From: an uncultured virus (IMG/VR IMGVR_UViG_3300037459_000123)
Taxonomy: Duplodnaviria; Heunggongvirae; Uroviricota; Caudoviricetes
Length of the DNA: 31,244 nt
Reading direction: 5' to 3' (one strand)
Virus record (IMG/VR): IMGVR_UViG_3300037459_000123
This document shows, piece after piece, positions 16,552 to 25,756 of this stretch; position 1 is the stretch's first letter; each line of letters starts with the position of its first letter. The notes beneath the pieces are model-generated. The model saw nothing but the letters and a program-made list of their open reading frames with translations. It was not told where the DNA came from and did not search any database. The position numbers and the translations under genes are program-made.

Positions 16552-18113
16552 CCGTCGACATCATCGTGGACAACCGTCTGCGACTGCCAAAGGACGCGTT
16601 GCCCAAGAAGGCACTGACAGCGCTGCGCAAGGCGTTCACGCATTCCAATCCGGAGTTCTACAAAAAGCGCGCGATGAAAAAGCCGACGTGGAACGTCGAC
16701 CGTGAAATCAAGACGTGGGCGAGTTCCCAGGACCGCGCCGGTACGTGGTGGATCACGCTGCCTCGTGGTGGGACATCAACGGTGCGCGACGTGCTGTTGG
16801 AGCACGGGCTCGAATGGGAGTTTGTCGACAAGCGGAGCACGGGGCGCGGCGAGTTCGGCTACACGGGCGACTGGGTCACGCCTCAGTTGTTCCCGCCGCA
16901 CAATCTCGACTTGTGGGACCATCAGCAACGCATCGTGGACGCGGTGCTCAAGTGGGAGAACTGCATCATCCGTTCGCCGACGGCGTCCGGTAAAACGTCA
17001 GCGTTGCTCGCCGCCATCGTCGAGTGCAACGTCCCCGCGCTCGTGGTGATGCATGACAAGAAGCTGATCAAGCAGTGGCGCGAGCGCATCGTGGACGAGT
17101 TGGGCATTCCGTTGGAGCAAATCGGAATGATTGGCGGCGGCAAGTACAACCTCAAGCCGATTACGCTCGCGATGCAGCAGACGTTATGGAAGCTGTCGGA
17201 CACCAAGTGGGAGGAGATCAACGAGACGTTCGGATTCTTCGGCATCGACGAGTGCCACGGCACCGCGGCGCGCACGTTTCTCGTGGCCGGTGACAAGTCC
17301 ACTGCCAAGTATCGCGTTGGGGTGTCCGACGACGAGCGCCGCCACGACGGCAAGGAGTTTCTGAACTACGACATTTTCGGGCGCGTGGCTGTCGACATCA
17401 CCGACGAGGAGTTGGTGGACAAGGGCCATATCCTGGACGTCGCGGTGCGGTTGGTGCCGACCGAGTACGAGGACGCCGCGTACATGGACGAGGAGGGCGC
17501 TCACGAGTTCAACGACCTGCTCGACGGCATGATCGCGGATAAGGACCGCAACGACGTGATCCGATCCGTGGTGGAGATGTGCATGCGTAGCACTGAGCCC
17601 ACGCTGGTATTCAGCCACCGCCGGGAGCACTGCTCGATTCTGGATATGATCTTCACCGGAGACGGTCACCCGAGCGGCCTGCTCATCGGGGGCCCCGAGT
17701 ACAGCGAGACGTTCGACGCAACCAAGGACGGGCTGGCGTCCGGCGACAAGTTGATCGGTGTGGGTACGTATCGCGCGACGGGCACGGGGCAGGACATGCC
17801 CACGGTGACGTGCGGGGTGGCGACGACTCCGATACACGGCAACAAGCAGTTTCTTCGGCAGGTGAAGGGGAGACTGCGGCGTAAGCCGGACGGCAAAACC
17901 AAGGCCACGCTCTATGTCATCTGGGATCGGAAGATCTACGGGCGCGAGGCGGTGATGCATTTGAAACGAAAGGTGGCGGACTGCAAGGTTCTCCACGATG
18001 GGAAATGGGTCCCGGTCAAGGCGTACCTGGAGGAGCACTATGGCGAGCAGATCAGACGAGAGCGCACCACGAAAAAAACGCCGTTCGCGACGGCGGAAGA
18101 TCTCCGAGGATGA
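16548..18113 (+). CDS. SF2 DExH helicase (ResIII/UvsW-like)
   Basis: Q motif 'LWDHQQ', Walker A 'SPTASGKT', 'IDECH', motif V 'GTGQDMP', motif VI 'QVKGRLRR'. Confidence 0.9.
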   Translation: MTVDIIVDNRLRLPKDALPKKALTALRKAFTHSNPEFYKKRAMKKPTWNVDREIKTWASSQDRAGTWWITLPRGGTSTVRDVLLEHGLEWEFVDKRSTGRGEFGYTGDWVTPQLFPPHNLDLWDHQQRIVDAVLKWENCIIRSPTASGKTSALLAAIVECNVPALVVMHDKKLIKQWRERIVDELGIPLEQIGMIGGGKYNLKPITLAMQQTLWKLSDTKWEEINETFGFFGIDECHGTAARTFLVAGDKSTAKYRVGVSDDERRHDGKEFLNYDIFGRVAVDITDEELVDKGHILDVAVRLVPTEYEDAAYMDEEGAHEFNDLLDGMIADKDRNDVIRSVVEMCMRSTEPTLVFSHRREHCSILDMIFTGDGHPSGLLIGGPEYSETFDATKDGLASGDKLIGVGTYRATGTGQDMPTVTCGVATTPIHGNKQFLRQVKGRLRRKPDGKTKATLYVIWDRKIYGREAVMHLKRKVADCKVLHDGKWVPVKAYLEEHYGEQIRRERTTKKTPFATAEDLRG

Positions 18114-18390
18114 GCCGATTGATGATCTCGAATACCAGGGCGAGACGTTGACCGTGACCTGGCCGCGCGAGCACTTCCAACCGATCGAGTTTCATGGAAT
18201 GGATCTCGGTCCGTTCTCGATGAGCGTCACAATCCAGCGGGGCGAGACGCCGGAGGAGGCGCACGATCGGGGCATGCGTCGGCTCGGGCACATGGCTGAC
18301 GACCTGTTCCCTCGCAAGCTGGAGGCGTACCTGGACCGCGTCGGTTCGGTTGACAAGGCGGTGCGCAAGCGAGCGCGTCGGCACGACTGA
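18040..18390 (+). CDS. Hypothetical protein
   Basis: GGAGGAG SD before ATG 18040, TGATG coupling downstream. Confidence 0.6.
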   Translation: MASRSDESAPRKKRRSRRRKISEDEPIDDLEYQGETLTVTWPREHFQPIEFHGMDLGPFSMSVTIQRGETPEEAHDRGMRRLGHMADDLFPRKLEAYLDRVGSVDKAVRKRARRHD

Positions 18391-18887
18391 TGGGCCGCCG
18401 AGTCATCAAGCTGCCGTCCACCGCGGCGCAGCAGTTGGCGCTCGGGCTCGACCCGCAACCGGGGCGGTCGAAACCCAAACCCAAGAAGCGCAACCCGGGG
18501 ACGCCGTTCGAGATCAAGCGAGCTATCCAGGACATCGAGCGACGGGTGGAGGAGGAGGACTGGGAAAAAATGCGCCCTGGAATGTTGGTTGCTCTGTTCG
18601 CGTGGTGTCACGAGAAAACCTATGGAGTAGCCCCGGCTGATCTCAAGGGTCAGTCCTGGCGCAATGCGCAACGGTGCGCGGGGATGATGGTCAAAAAGGA
18701 CTTTGGTGGGGACATCGACAAGGCGCTGGAGTTTTTGCGCTGGACGTGGCAGCGCGAGCGACGCATCGAGCAGTGGAGGCGCGACAACAACCAGCACGGC
18801 AAGGTGATCGGCTGGTACGATCAGTTTCAGCGCGGTGAACTCCTGACCAAGTACCGCGTTGATGTCGCGCGCGGTCAGGATGGCTGA
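18390..18887 (+). CDS. Hypothetical protein (replication cluster)
   Basis: TGATG overlaps on both sides. Confidence 0.65.
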   Translation: MGRRVIKLPSTAAQQLALGLDPQPGRSKPKPKKRNPGTPFEIKRAIQDIERRVEEEDWEKMRPGMLVALFAWCHEKTYGVAPADLKGQSWRNAQRCAGMMVKKDFGGDIDKALEFLRWTWQRERRIEQWRRDNNQHGKVIGWYDQFQRGELLTKYRVDVARGQDG

Positions 18888-19702
18888 TGGGCCGTTGTGT
18901 CATCCGAGCAGAGGGTGCGTTTTATAACGAGCTCGATCCGTATGCTTCCAGGTGGTTGTCGAGACTAATTGCGGCTGGGCATATTGTAGGAGGTCCCGTT
19001 GAGGCGTGTGATATCAAGGAACTTGCAGCGGACTCGATCCGGGATGCGATCCAGTTCCACGCTTTTGCAGGCGTCGGAGTCTGGTCATACGCGCTCAGAC
19101 TCGCCGGGTGGCCAGATGATGTCCCGGTCTGGACGGGGAGTTGTCCGTGCCAACCTTTCAGCCAAGCCGGGAAACGAAAAGGTGCAGATGATGCGCGCCA
19201 CCTCTGGCCAGAATGGTATCGGCTCATTGCTGAGTGCCGACCTCCAACGATCTTTGGAGAGCAGGTTGCGAGCCCAGATGGAAGGTTGTGGCTCGATGCT
19301 GTATCGCTTGACTTGGAAGCATTGGGGTATGCCGTCGGGGCGGCGGATCTGTGCGCTGCGGGGGAGGGCGCGCCTCACATCCGGCAACGACTTTTCTGGG
19401 TGGCCTACTCCGATAGTCAACGACATGCTCGGGAGCGGCTACTGCTACGGCCCGGAGAAGAAGGACGGCAGTCGACCGAAGTTCCTGAAGTTGCCAGGCG
19501 CCGTGAAGCTCGTCACGGGAGGGGACCATGGGGTGATGTTGAGTGGCTCCAATGTTCAGACGGAAAAATCCGGCCAACTCAACCCGGCCTTTTCCCGCTG
19601 GCTCATGGGGCTACTTCCCGAGTGGGACGATTGCGCGCCTACGGGAACGCGATTGTTCCCCAAGTAGCGGCGACATTCATCCGAGCAGTGATGGATCTTT
19701 GA
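18887..19702 (+). CDS. C5 cytosine DNA methyltransferase, large (alpha) subunit, M.EcoHK31I-like
   Basis: Motif I 'FAGVG', IV 'GSCPCQPFS', VI 'GEQV', VIII '[10 protein letters not shown]', X '[14 protein letters not shown]'. No motif IX in this frame. Confidence 0.9.
   Translation: MGRCVIRAEGAFYNELDPYASRWLSRLIAAGHIVGGPVEACDIKELAADSIRDAIQFHAFAGVGVWSYALRLAGWPDDVPVWTGSCPCQPFSQAGKRKGADDARHLWPEWYRLIAECRPPTIFGEQVASPDGRLWLDAVSLDLEALGYAVGAADLCAAGEGAPHIRQRLFWVAYSDSQRHARERLLLRPGEEGRQSTEVPEVARRREARHGRGPWGDVEWLQCSDGKIRPTQPGLFPLAHGATSRVGRLRAYGNAIVPQVAATFIRAVMDL
18999..19667 (+). CDS. Nested +1-frame ORF: putative beta subunit of the methyltransferase (start uncertain)
   Basis: 222-codon frame entirely inside the MTase gene. 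It carries 'GWPTP' and motif-IX-like '[18 protein letters not shown]'. Confidence 0.7.
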   Translation: MRRVISRNLQRTRSGMRSSSTLLQASESGHTRSDSPGGQMMSRSGRGVVRANLSAKPGNEKVQMMRATSGQNGIGSLLSADLQRSLESRLRAQMEGCGSMLYRLTWKHWGMPSGRRICALRGRARLTSGNDFSGWPTPIVNDMLGSGYCYGPEKKDGSRPKFLKLPGAVKLVTGGDHGVMLSGSNVQTEKSGQLNPAFSRWLMGLLPEWDDCAPTGTRLFPK

Positions 19703-21162
19703 TGGGCCGACGCCAGGTTGACGACGACGATGAGGACGAGGTCTCCGTTACGGAGATCCCCCACGACGTAGTCAACGAGCAAATTGTGATCGCGGCCGCG
19801 CTGACGTGCAAGAAGCGCGCGCGCAAGGATCTGATCTCGACGGTGCCAATTGATCTATTTGTCGATCCCCAACACATCGACATCTGGACTGGGCTCAAGG
19901 AGATTGCCCGTCGTAAGCTCAAGTTCGACATGGCGGCGTTGCTGCATCAACTCGGGTCCGAGTTCGATCAGGAGTACCTCACCGAGTTGGTGGAGAGTCA
20001 CCCCAAGCCACCGGCCAACCTGGCGCACCACGTCGCGAGCCTGCGGTGGGACAAGGCGCGTAGCGAGACGGTCAAGGGTCCGCTCACTGACCTCCTCCGA
20101 TCGCTCCAGGATCCGACGACCCCGCAGGAGAAAATCACGGCGCTGTCGAGGTCGGTGACGGCTTCGCTGAGCGTCTCCACGGACAAGCGATTCATGCGGG
20201 ACCCGACTGCGCTGGCGCGCGAGCACACGACGGCGATGCGTAAGCGTAAGAAGCAAGCGATCTATCCGTTCGGGATTCCCGACTTGGACATGGATGATGA
20301 CGGCAACCACCGGATGATGCCGGGCATTGCTCCCAACTACGTCACGGTCGTCACGGGAGTCCCGGGCTCTGCCAAGTCGGTCATCACGGCGCGGATCGTG
20401 TTGGCGCAGGCGCGCGCCAAGCGGAAGGTGCTTTATGGGGCGTGGGAGATGGGCGCAGGGCCCACGATCGAAATGCTCGCGTTGATGAGTCTCACAGACG
20501 AGGATCCGACCTGGACTCGCTACAAGACCTCGACCGGTCGAATCAAGGATGACCAGTTCGAGATGTTCGAGCAGCGGATGGAGGACATCGGGGCCTACGT
20601 CAAGTTTTTCGACCCTCCGTTCAAGTCGGCCCCGACCAAGCGAGACCATCGGGGGCAGGTCCGGCGCGCGACAAACGAGGAGTGTCTCGACATCCTGCAT
20701 CAACAGATCGCTGACTCGGGGTGTGAGGTATTTGCGGGCGACCTGTTCGAGCGCGCCATCAAGGACCGGCGACCTGATCAGGAGGCTGACGCGCTGTTCC
20801 GAATGCAGGACATTGCCAAGGAGACCCACACACATGTCTTGATGGTCGCCCAGCAGCGCCTCAAGGACATCGAGCAGCGCACCGACAAGCGACCCACCCG
20901 TGAGGGGATCAAGGGCTCCGGGGCCTGGGTAGAGGTCGCAGACACCATCATCGGGCTACACCGGCCCGCGCTCTGGAAATCGATGAATGACGACGTGATC
21001 GAAGTGCTGGTTCTCAAGCAGCGATTCGCGAAGTGGCCCTATCTGATTGAGTTCGACTGGGATGGCGACCGGGTCAGCATCAAGAACGGGCGAGAGGGCG
21101 AGTACGAGCATCCGGGCGCCGCGGATGAATCGCCCTTTGGGCGCATCGGCAAGAAGCGGTGA
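19702..21162 (+). CDS. dnaB: DnaB-like replicative helicase
   Basis: N-terminal 'PHDVVNEQIVI', Walker A 'GVPGSAKS', 'WEM', 'VAQ', 'KRPTREGIKGSGAWVEVADTIIGLHR', 'VLKQR'. Start at the TGATG overlap. Confidence 0.85.
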   Translation: MGRRQVDDDDEDEVSVTEIPHDVVNEQIVIAAALTCKKRARKDLISTVPIDLFVDPQHIDIWTGLKEIARRKLKFDMAALLHQLGSEFDQEYLTELVESHPKPPANLAHHVASLRWDKARSETVKGPLTDLLRSLQDPTTPQEKITALSRSVTASLSVSTDKRFMRDPTALAREHTTAMRKRKKQAIYPFGIPDLDMDDDGNHRMMPGIAPNYVTVVTGVPGSAKSVITARIVLAQARAKRKVLYGAWEMGAGPTIEMLALMSLTDEDPTWTRYKTSTGRIKDDQFEMFEQRMEDIGAYVKFFDPPFKSAPTKRDHRGQVRRATNEECLDILHQQIADSGCEVFAGDLFERAIKDRRPDQEADALFRMQDIAKETHTHVLMVAQQRLKDIEQRTDKRPTREGIKGSGAWVEVADTIIGLHRPALWKSMNDDVIEVLVLKQRFAKWPYLIEFDWDGDRVSIKNGREGEYEHPGAADESPFGRIGKKR

Positions 21163-21164
21163 GG

Positions 21165-21182
21165 TATCCTACATGTAGGATA
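21165..21182. promoter_or_regulatory. Perfect 18-bp palindrome TATCCTACATGTAGGATA
   Basis: Lies immediately after the dnaB stop, followed by a T5 run and the 21208 promoter. Either an operator or a hairpin. Confidence 0.45.
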
Positions 21183-21207
21183 AATCGACCTTTTTCTCCG
21201 ATAGGGC

Positions 21208-21236
21208 TTGCAACCGGCGCAAGCATGCGCTACCTT
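21208..21236 (+). promoter_or_regulatory. Class A promoter 1 with spacer palindrome (probably leaderless)
   Basis: TTGCAA-17bp-TACCTT, GCGCAAGCATGCGC at 21217-21230, ATG 21243 starts 7 nt after the -10. Confidence 0.75.
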
Positions 21237-21242
21237 TAGAAC

Positions 21243-21530
21243 ATGGCAACGACACACACCACCCAGAAGCTCACCAAGTCACAACACCGCAGTCTTGATC
21301 GCCTTGTCGAGATTGGTGGCGTCTTCATGATTACTAGGTCGGTCGGTCGGTCGCGTAACCCGCATTTGAGCGGCAGCCTGCGGACCCAGTACAGCCACAA
21401 GGGCCTGCACACGGTCTCGCTTGACGGGCTCGTGAAGCACGGTCTCGTGACCTACACGCGGGAAGGCGATTGGCAAAATCCAGGCGGCGAGGTCGACACC
21501 TACCGTCTCACCAACGGGGCGGAGCAATGA
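21243..21530 (+). CDS. Hypothetical protein, possibly winged helix
   Basis: Follows promoter A1. 'SLDGLVKHGLV...YRLT' is wHTH-like. Confidence 0.65.
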   Translation: MATTHTTQKLTKSQHRSLDRLVEIGGVFMITRSVGRSRNPHLSGSLRTQYSHKGLHTVSLDGLVKHGLVTYTREGDWQNPGGEVDTYRLTNGAEQ

Positions 21531-21727
21531 AGGGCCGACCGCTAGTCGAGACGCTGGGTGGGTTGGACGCGATGATGGTGGAATGCGCATGGTGTGGTGG
21601 AGAGCCCGACAAGGAATACCCAAACAGGCGCGGCGAGATATTCTGTTCCGCAAGCCACCGCTCATCGAGCAACCGTGCCCTAAAGAGGTTGCAGGCCAGG
21701 GAAACGGATGATGTCGACACCAATTGA
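21527..21727 (+). CDS. Small zinc-finger protein
   Basis: ATGA overlap, GGAG SD, 'CAWCG...FCSASH' (TRASH/treble-clef-like). Confidence 0.6.
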   Translation: MKGRPLVETLGGLDAMMVECAWCGGEPDKEYPNRRGEIFCSASHRSSSNRALKRLQARETDDVDTN

Positions 21728-21745
21728 AATTGAACCGACAGCACG

Positions 21746-22708
21746 GTGAACGTCGACACTCCCAGGCTGCTCAAGGCTCTCGGGATCCAGATCCCATCAG
21801 GGCACACCTATGGCGACCTCTGGGCCTCCTGCCCCTACCCAGACCACGAGGATGCTGACGCCTCCTGGCACATCGTCTCGAACCCGGACAGCCCCAAGAA
21901 CGGACACAACCACTGTTTTGGGTGCAAGCGCGAGGGCGGGGCTCTCTATCTCGTGATGGAGGTAGTGGGGTTCTCCGGTTACGGGGCGGCCCATGACTAC
22001 ATCGTCGACAAGGGGCTCGACCTGGAGGAGTCCGCCGCCCTGGCTGCTCAGATTGTGCTGATGAAGCGAGCCAAGCGACGCCCAGAACTACCCATCCCGA
22101 CCGGTGTGCGCCTCGGAGAGCCCCTGGGGCTGTGGTTGACACCTGCTAGGCGCTACGCCAAGCGCCGGGGCTTGACGCTCCTTCAGGTGGCCAAGTGGGG
22201 GCTGGGCTACGGCGTCGAGGGCGACCTCCTCGGGCGGCTGTACCTCCCGATCCACGACCGGTGGGAGCGGCTCATCAATTGGAATGCTCGGGCGTTCGCA
22301 GGTCAGGAGGCCAAGTACAAGAATCCGTATGCCAGCGAGGGCGCGGACATGGGTGCTGTGTTCGGTCAACGGTACTGGCCCCAAGACCCGTCCGAGGAGA
22401 CGGTGGTGCTCACCGAGGGCGAGTTGAATGCGTTGGCCTTCGAGCGCGTCGGCGCGAAGTACATCGGAGGTCTCGGAGGATCGGACATCCAGCCCAAGCA
22501 GTGGCTCCGAATCTCCAAGTTTGGCCGCGTCCTGATTGCGACTGACGGCGACATGGCTGGGTCAGTGGTGGCCGAGCAACTCCGCGTCGGGCTGGCTCGA
22601 TGGAGGCACGCGGAACGAATCATGTTTCCGCCCCGGCTCGACGCGTGCGATATTTACGACAGGTCCCCCGTCGAGTTGGAGGGCATGCTGATGGATGTCC
22701 ATGGTTAG
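21746..22708 (+). CDS. DNA primase (CHC2-like Zn finger plus TOPRIM)
   Basis: 'CPYPDHED...HCFGC', 'LTEGELNA', 'IATDGDMAG'. Confidence 0.88.
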   Translation: MNVDTPRLLKALGIQIPSGHTYGDLWASCPYPDHEDADASWHIVSNPDSPKNGHNHCFGCKREGGALYLVMEVVGFSGYGAAHDYIVDKGLDLEESAALAAQIVLMKRAKRRPELPIPTGVRLGEPLGLWLTPARRYAKRRGLTLLQVAKWGLGYGVEGDLLGRLYLPIHDRWERLINWNARAFAGQEAKYKNPYASEGADMGAVFGQRYWPQDPSEETVVLTEGELNALAFERVGAKYIGGLGGSDIQPKQWLRISKFGRVLIATDGDMAGSVVAEQLRVGLARWRHAERIMFPPRLDACDIYDRSPVELEGMLMDVHG

Positions 22709-22961
22709 GCCGCGAAAGGTGATTCAAGGGGAAGGTTCACGACGGCGCAAGGTTGCGCTGGCAATTGCGCGCTGTTGTGGTAACCTGTCTAGAACAGCAT
22801 ACGAACTCGGATTTTGCAGACGGCAGATTTACTACCTCGTGAATGACTATGGGCTATGGGACATCGTGAACAAAGCGCGCATTCGACACGTGGAAGAGCA
22901 GAGGATTGCTAAGCAACTCGGGAGGAAACGATGGCGTACAGGGACACAGACATCGGCCTAA
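22695..22961 (+). CDS. Stand-alone Fis-type HTH protein
   Basis: 'AIARCCGNLSRTAYELGFCRRQIYYLVNDYGL' matches the HTH_8/Fis consensus GNxxxAAxxLGIxRxxLY. Confidence 0.75.
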   Translation: MSMVRPRKVIQGEGSRRRKVALAIARCCGNLSRTAYELGFCRRQIYYLVNDYGLWDIVNKARIRHVEEQRIAKQLGRKRWRTGTQTSA

Positions 22962-23155
22962 CGATCAGGCTCGACCCCACCAAGGGGAAGCGTCAACTGC
23001 TCCGACTGTTCACGCGACACGAGGGAAATACCACGCACGTCGCCAAGGCGGTCGGCGTGGATGTCGCCACCGTCAAGCGGTGGATCGTCAAGTGCGGGAC
23101 AGAGTTCCGAGCCGAGATTGAAGCCCTCCGGCCGGAAAAAGTCGACGCGGCATAA
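22931..23155 (+). CDS. Stand-alone Fis-like HTH protein
   Basis: 'FTRHEGNTTHVAKAVGVDVATVKRWI', GGAGG SD. Confidence 0.75.
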   Translation: MAYRDTDIGLTIRLDPTKGKRQLLRLFTRHEGNTTHVAKAVGVDVATVKRWIVKCGTEFRAEIEALRPEKVDAA

Positions 23156-23183
23156 ATAATCGTCCTGGGTGATGTCAAATCAC

Positions 23184-23213
23184 TTGACGGGGAGCGCAAG
23201 CATGCGCTACCGT
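23184..23213 (+). promoter_or_regulatory. Class A promoter 2
   Basis: TTGACG-18bp-TACCGT, GCGCAAGCATGCGC at 23194-23207, AT-richer upstream sequence. Confidence 0.75.
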
Positions 23214-23227
23214 TAGGACATCAATAG

Positions 23228-23264
23228 CCGGGGATGGTTACCCCGGTGGGAAAGGAACCCGGAC
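23228..23264 (+). promoter_or_regulatory. Conserved 5' leader: hairpin plus AGGAACCCGGAC box
   Basis: CCGGGG-ATGGTTA-CCCCGG (23228-23246), then AGGAACCCGGAC (23253-23264) directly before the ATG. Confidence 0.6.
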
Positions 23265-24356
23265 ATGGCAGATTTGATCGACAAGGACGCACTCGGCGTC
23301 GAGGTAAGCTGGAGTTTCGGTTTCGGCGATGCTCAGGCGGTGACACTGCCGCGCGCGGACGTCGCCGAAGTGTTCGCGGCGGAAGGCTTCTACCATGCAC
23401 TGCCGGGGCTCGACCACGATGACGCGCTCAAGCGCGCGTCCCGCTACAGCAAGAAGTCCAAGACCAACATGGTCAAGGAACTCTCGAAGCCCAACAAGGA
23501 GACCGGCACGGTGCGCGTGTACGGCGTGTATCACCGGATCGGCGTGGAGGGGGAGACCGGCGATCGTTGGAAGATGTCGGCGCGCGTGCGTAGTGAGGGG
23601 CATCGGATTGTGGTGCTGCCGCCTGAGGGAGAAGCACAGTTCGTCGATCCTGAGACACATCAGATCGGCGCGCTGATGGCGGAGATGGCCAACAGTGTCC
23701 TGGACAACGTCATGAACGTGGATCTGTCGATGGCGCTGACGACCATCGGTGCGGACCTCGGCTGGGTGTCGCGGCGTCGGAACAGCGGCGGTGTGTACCT
23801 GATGTTGAGCGGCGAGGACACGGACACGGAGCGATTCGTGCGCGTGCTCAAGGGACTCGAAGCACTGACGGCGGAGTTGCCTCGGTGGGAACAGTTCATC
23901 CCCCAGATTCAGGAGGTCTACCCCAAGCCCCTCACGATGGACTCGTGGGCCGGTTCGACGGAGGACGCCTTTCAAGGTGAGATTGATCGGCTGGTCAAGG
24001 AACTCGGCCGCATGCAGGCGGACGGCAACATGCGGGACAAGACCATCGAGGCGCGCGCGGACGAGTGTGACGCCATCATGGCCAAGGCCGAGCGTTACCG
24101 CTCGTTTCTCAGCGGCAAGGTGGAGACCATCGCCGCCAGCCTCTCGGATCTGCGCGACAAGTTCAGGCACGGGTTGGACGAGGAGGTCGCCAAGATCGGC
24201 GGTGCCCTGGCCGACATGGACGCCACGAGCAAGGCGGCCGATGCCAAGGAGCAGGCCAAACTCAAGACGGCCCCCTCCAAGCCCCGCAAGCGACGCGGGC
24301 GGCGGGTCATCGCTCCGGCGGCTACTGACCTGGGTATGGAGGAGTTCGACCTCTGA
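23265..24356 (+). CDS. DUF6744/DUF3150-like protein
   Basis: 'LGVEVSWSF...LP...DDALKRA' and 'RRNSGGVYLM' recall the DUF6744 pattern (from memory, not searched). Helical C-terminus. Confidence 0.6.
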   Translation: MADLIDKDALGVEVSWSFGFGDAQAVTLPRADVAEVFAAEGFYHALPGLDHDDALKRASRYSKKSKTNMVKELSKPNKETGTVRVYGVYHRIGVEGETGDRWKMSARVRSEGHRIVVLPPEGEAQFVDPETHQIGALMAEMANSVLDNVMNVDLSMALTTIGADLGWVSRRRNSGGVYLMLSGEDTDTERFVRVLKGLEALTAELPRWEQFIPQIQEVYPKPLTMDSWAGSTEDAFQGEIDRLVKELGRMQADGNMRDKTIEARADECDAIMAKAERYRSFLSGKVETIAASLSDLRDKFRHGLDEEVAKIGGALADMDATSKAADAKEQAKLKTAPSKPRKRRGRRVIAPAATDLGMEEFDL

Positions 24357-24380
24357 GGCCCCAGGAGCCCCGGGAGAGTA

Positions 24381-24415
24381 CCCCCCAGGTTTTTTGACTT
24401 GGGGGGAGTTTTTCT
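24381..24415 (+). terminator. Intrinsic terminator
   Basis: CCCCCCAGGT-TTTTTG-ACTTGGGGGG stem-loop followed by AGTTTTTCT, between the stop at 24356 and promoter A3. Confidence 0.65.
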
Positions 24416-24426
24416 GTCCAATACTC

Positions 24427-24455
24427 TTGCACCCGGCGCAAGCATGCGCTACCGT
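24427..24455 (+). promoter_or_regulatory. Class A promoter 3
   Basis: TTGCAC-17bp-TACCGT, GCGCAAGCATGCGC at 24436-24449. Leader hairpin GGCCG-AGATGGTTAC-CGGCC (24465-24484), AGGAACCCG at 24493. Confidence 0.75.
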
Positions 24456-24505
24456 AGGGAGCATGGCCGAGATGGTTACCGGCCCCGAACCAAGGAACCC
24501 GAAAA

Positions 24506-25714
24506 ATGGCACGAAAAATCAAGGCGGATGAGACCGAGGCGCAGGACGGGGAGACCACCCGCGCGGCGTTGCAGGACATCGTCACTCAACTCAACGACAC
24601 GTTCATCGCTCGTGCGGATGCGATCCGGGCGATGATGCTGGCGTACCTGAGCGCGGAGCACTACCTGCTGGTCGGAGAGCCCGGCGTGGCCAAGACCGCG
24701 CTGGCGGTGTGCTTCGCTGGTCATCTGCGGGAGGCCTCATTTTTCAAGACCACGTTCGGGAGTTTCACACCCCCGGAGGCGGTGTTCGGCCCCATGTCGA
24801 TCAACAAGTTCAAGCAGGGTCAGTACAAGACCGAGACCGCCGGGATGCTACCCGAGGCGGATCACGGGTTTCTGGACGAGTACCTCAAGGCGTCGGACGG
24901 GCTCGTGAACTCGCTGTTGACGATCAACAACGAACGGGAGTTTGAGGGGAAGAAAACCCCGCTGATGACTCTCGGGATGGCCACCAACTGGCCGGAGATG
25001 CTCTCGCGCTCGGACAACATCGCGGCGCTTTACGATCGTACCCTGCTGCGTGTGGTCGTCGAGGACGTCGAGGCGGAGGACGACGTTGCTGATGTGCTGG
25101 AAAAGATCGAGGCGGTCGACGCTTACAGCCCGCGTTCGACGATCACCCTGGCGGACCTGAAGGCAGCACAGGAGGAGGTCAAGGCGGTGGAGATCAGCCG
25201 CGACATTCGCAAGCTGATGGCCAACGTGCGCAAGCGTCTCGGGCCCCAGGAGTTGCCAGGTGGTGACATCAAGGAGGGTGTGCAAATCAGCAGCCGGAGG
25301 CTCGGCAAGTTGCAGCGCGTGCTCAAGGCCAACGCCTGGATGAACGGTCGGGACGAGGTCACCGTCGAGGACTTCGAGGTTCTGCAATGGGGGCTGTGGT
25401 CGGACCAGTCGGACATCGAAAAGGTACACGCGGTGCTCGGCACTGTTGATCAGGAGGCCAAGCAGGAGGTCGTCAAGCTGATCGACACTGGTCGAACGGC
25501 GTATCAGGATTTGGCCCGCGCTGGGTTTGGTACGGCTCGGATGAACGCCACCATGGCAAAGATCGGCAAGGTCGCGGCGGAGGCGGCAGAGCTTTACAAT
25601 CGCCCGATTTTCACCGCGCGGGGCCGGGACGAGATCAAACAGGCCATGGAGGGGCTCAAGCAGGATTTCAAGGCCATCAAGATCAAGGTGGAGGAGGCCA
25701 AGCAGCATGGCTAG
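24506..25714 (+). CDS. MoxR-family AAA+ ATPase, RavA-like
   Basis: 'EHYLLVGEPGVAKT', 'FTPPEAVFGP', 'GMLPEA..FLDEYLKAS...LVNSLLTINNER', 'ALYDR', 'ISSRR'. Confidence 0.9.
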   Translation: MARKIKADETEAQDGETTRAALQDIVTQLNDTFIARADAIRAMMLAYLSAEHYLLVGEPGVAKTALAVCFAGHLREASFFKTTFGSFTPPEAVFGPMSINKFKQGQYKTETAGMLPEADHGFLDEYLKASDGLVNSLLTINNEREFEGKKTPLMTLGMATNWPEMLSRSDNIAALYDRTLLRVVVEDVEAEDDVADVLEKIEAVDAYSPRSTITLADLKAAQEEVKAVEISRDIRKLMANVRKRLGPQELPGGDIKEGVQISSRRLGKLQRVLKANAWMNGRDEVTVEDFEVLQWGLWSDQSDIEKVHAVLGTVDQEAKQEVVKLIDTGRTAYQDLARAGFGTARMNATMAKIGKVAAEAAELYNRPIFTARGRDEIKQAMEGLKQDFKAIKIKVEEAKQHG

Positions 25715-25756
25715 AGGGTTCCCTGGGGCTGGTCTGAAAAAGATCGGCTTCGGGGG

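Noticed and set aside
19543..19701. N-terminal extension of DnaB making a triple-frame overlap
   Set aside because: TGATG coupling at 19702 and the DnaB-like N-terminus right after it give a simpler start.
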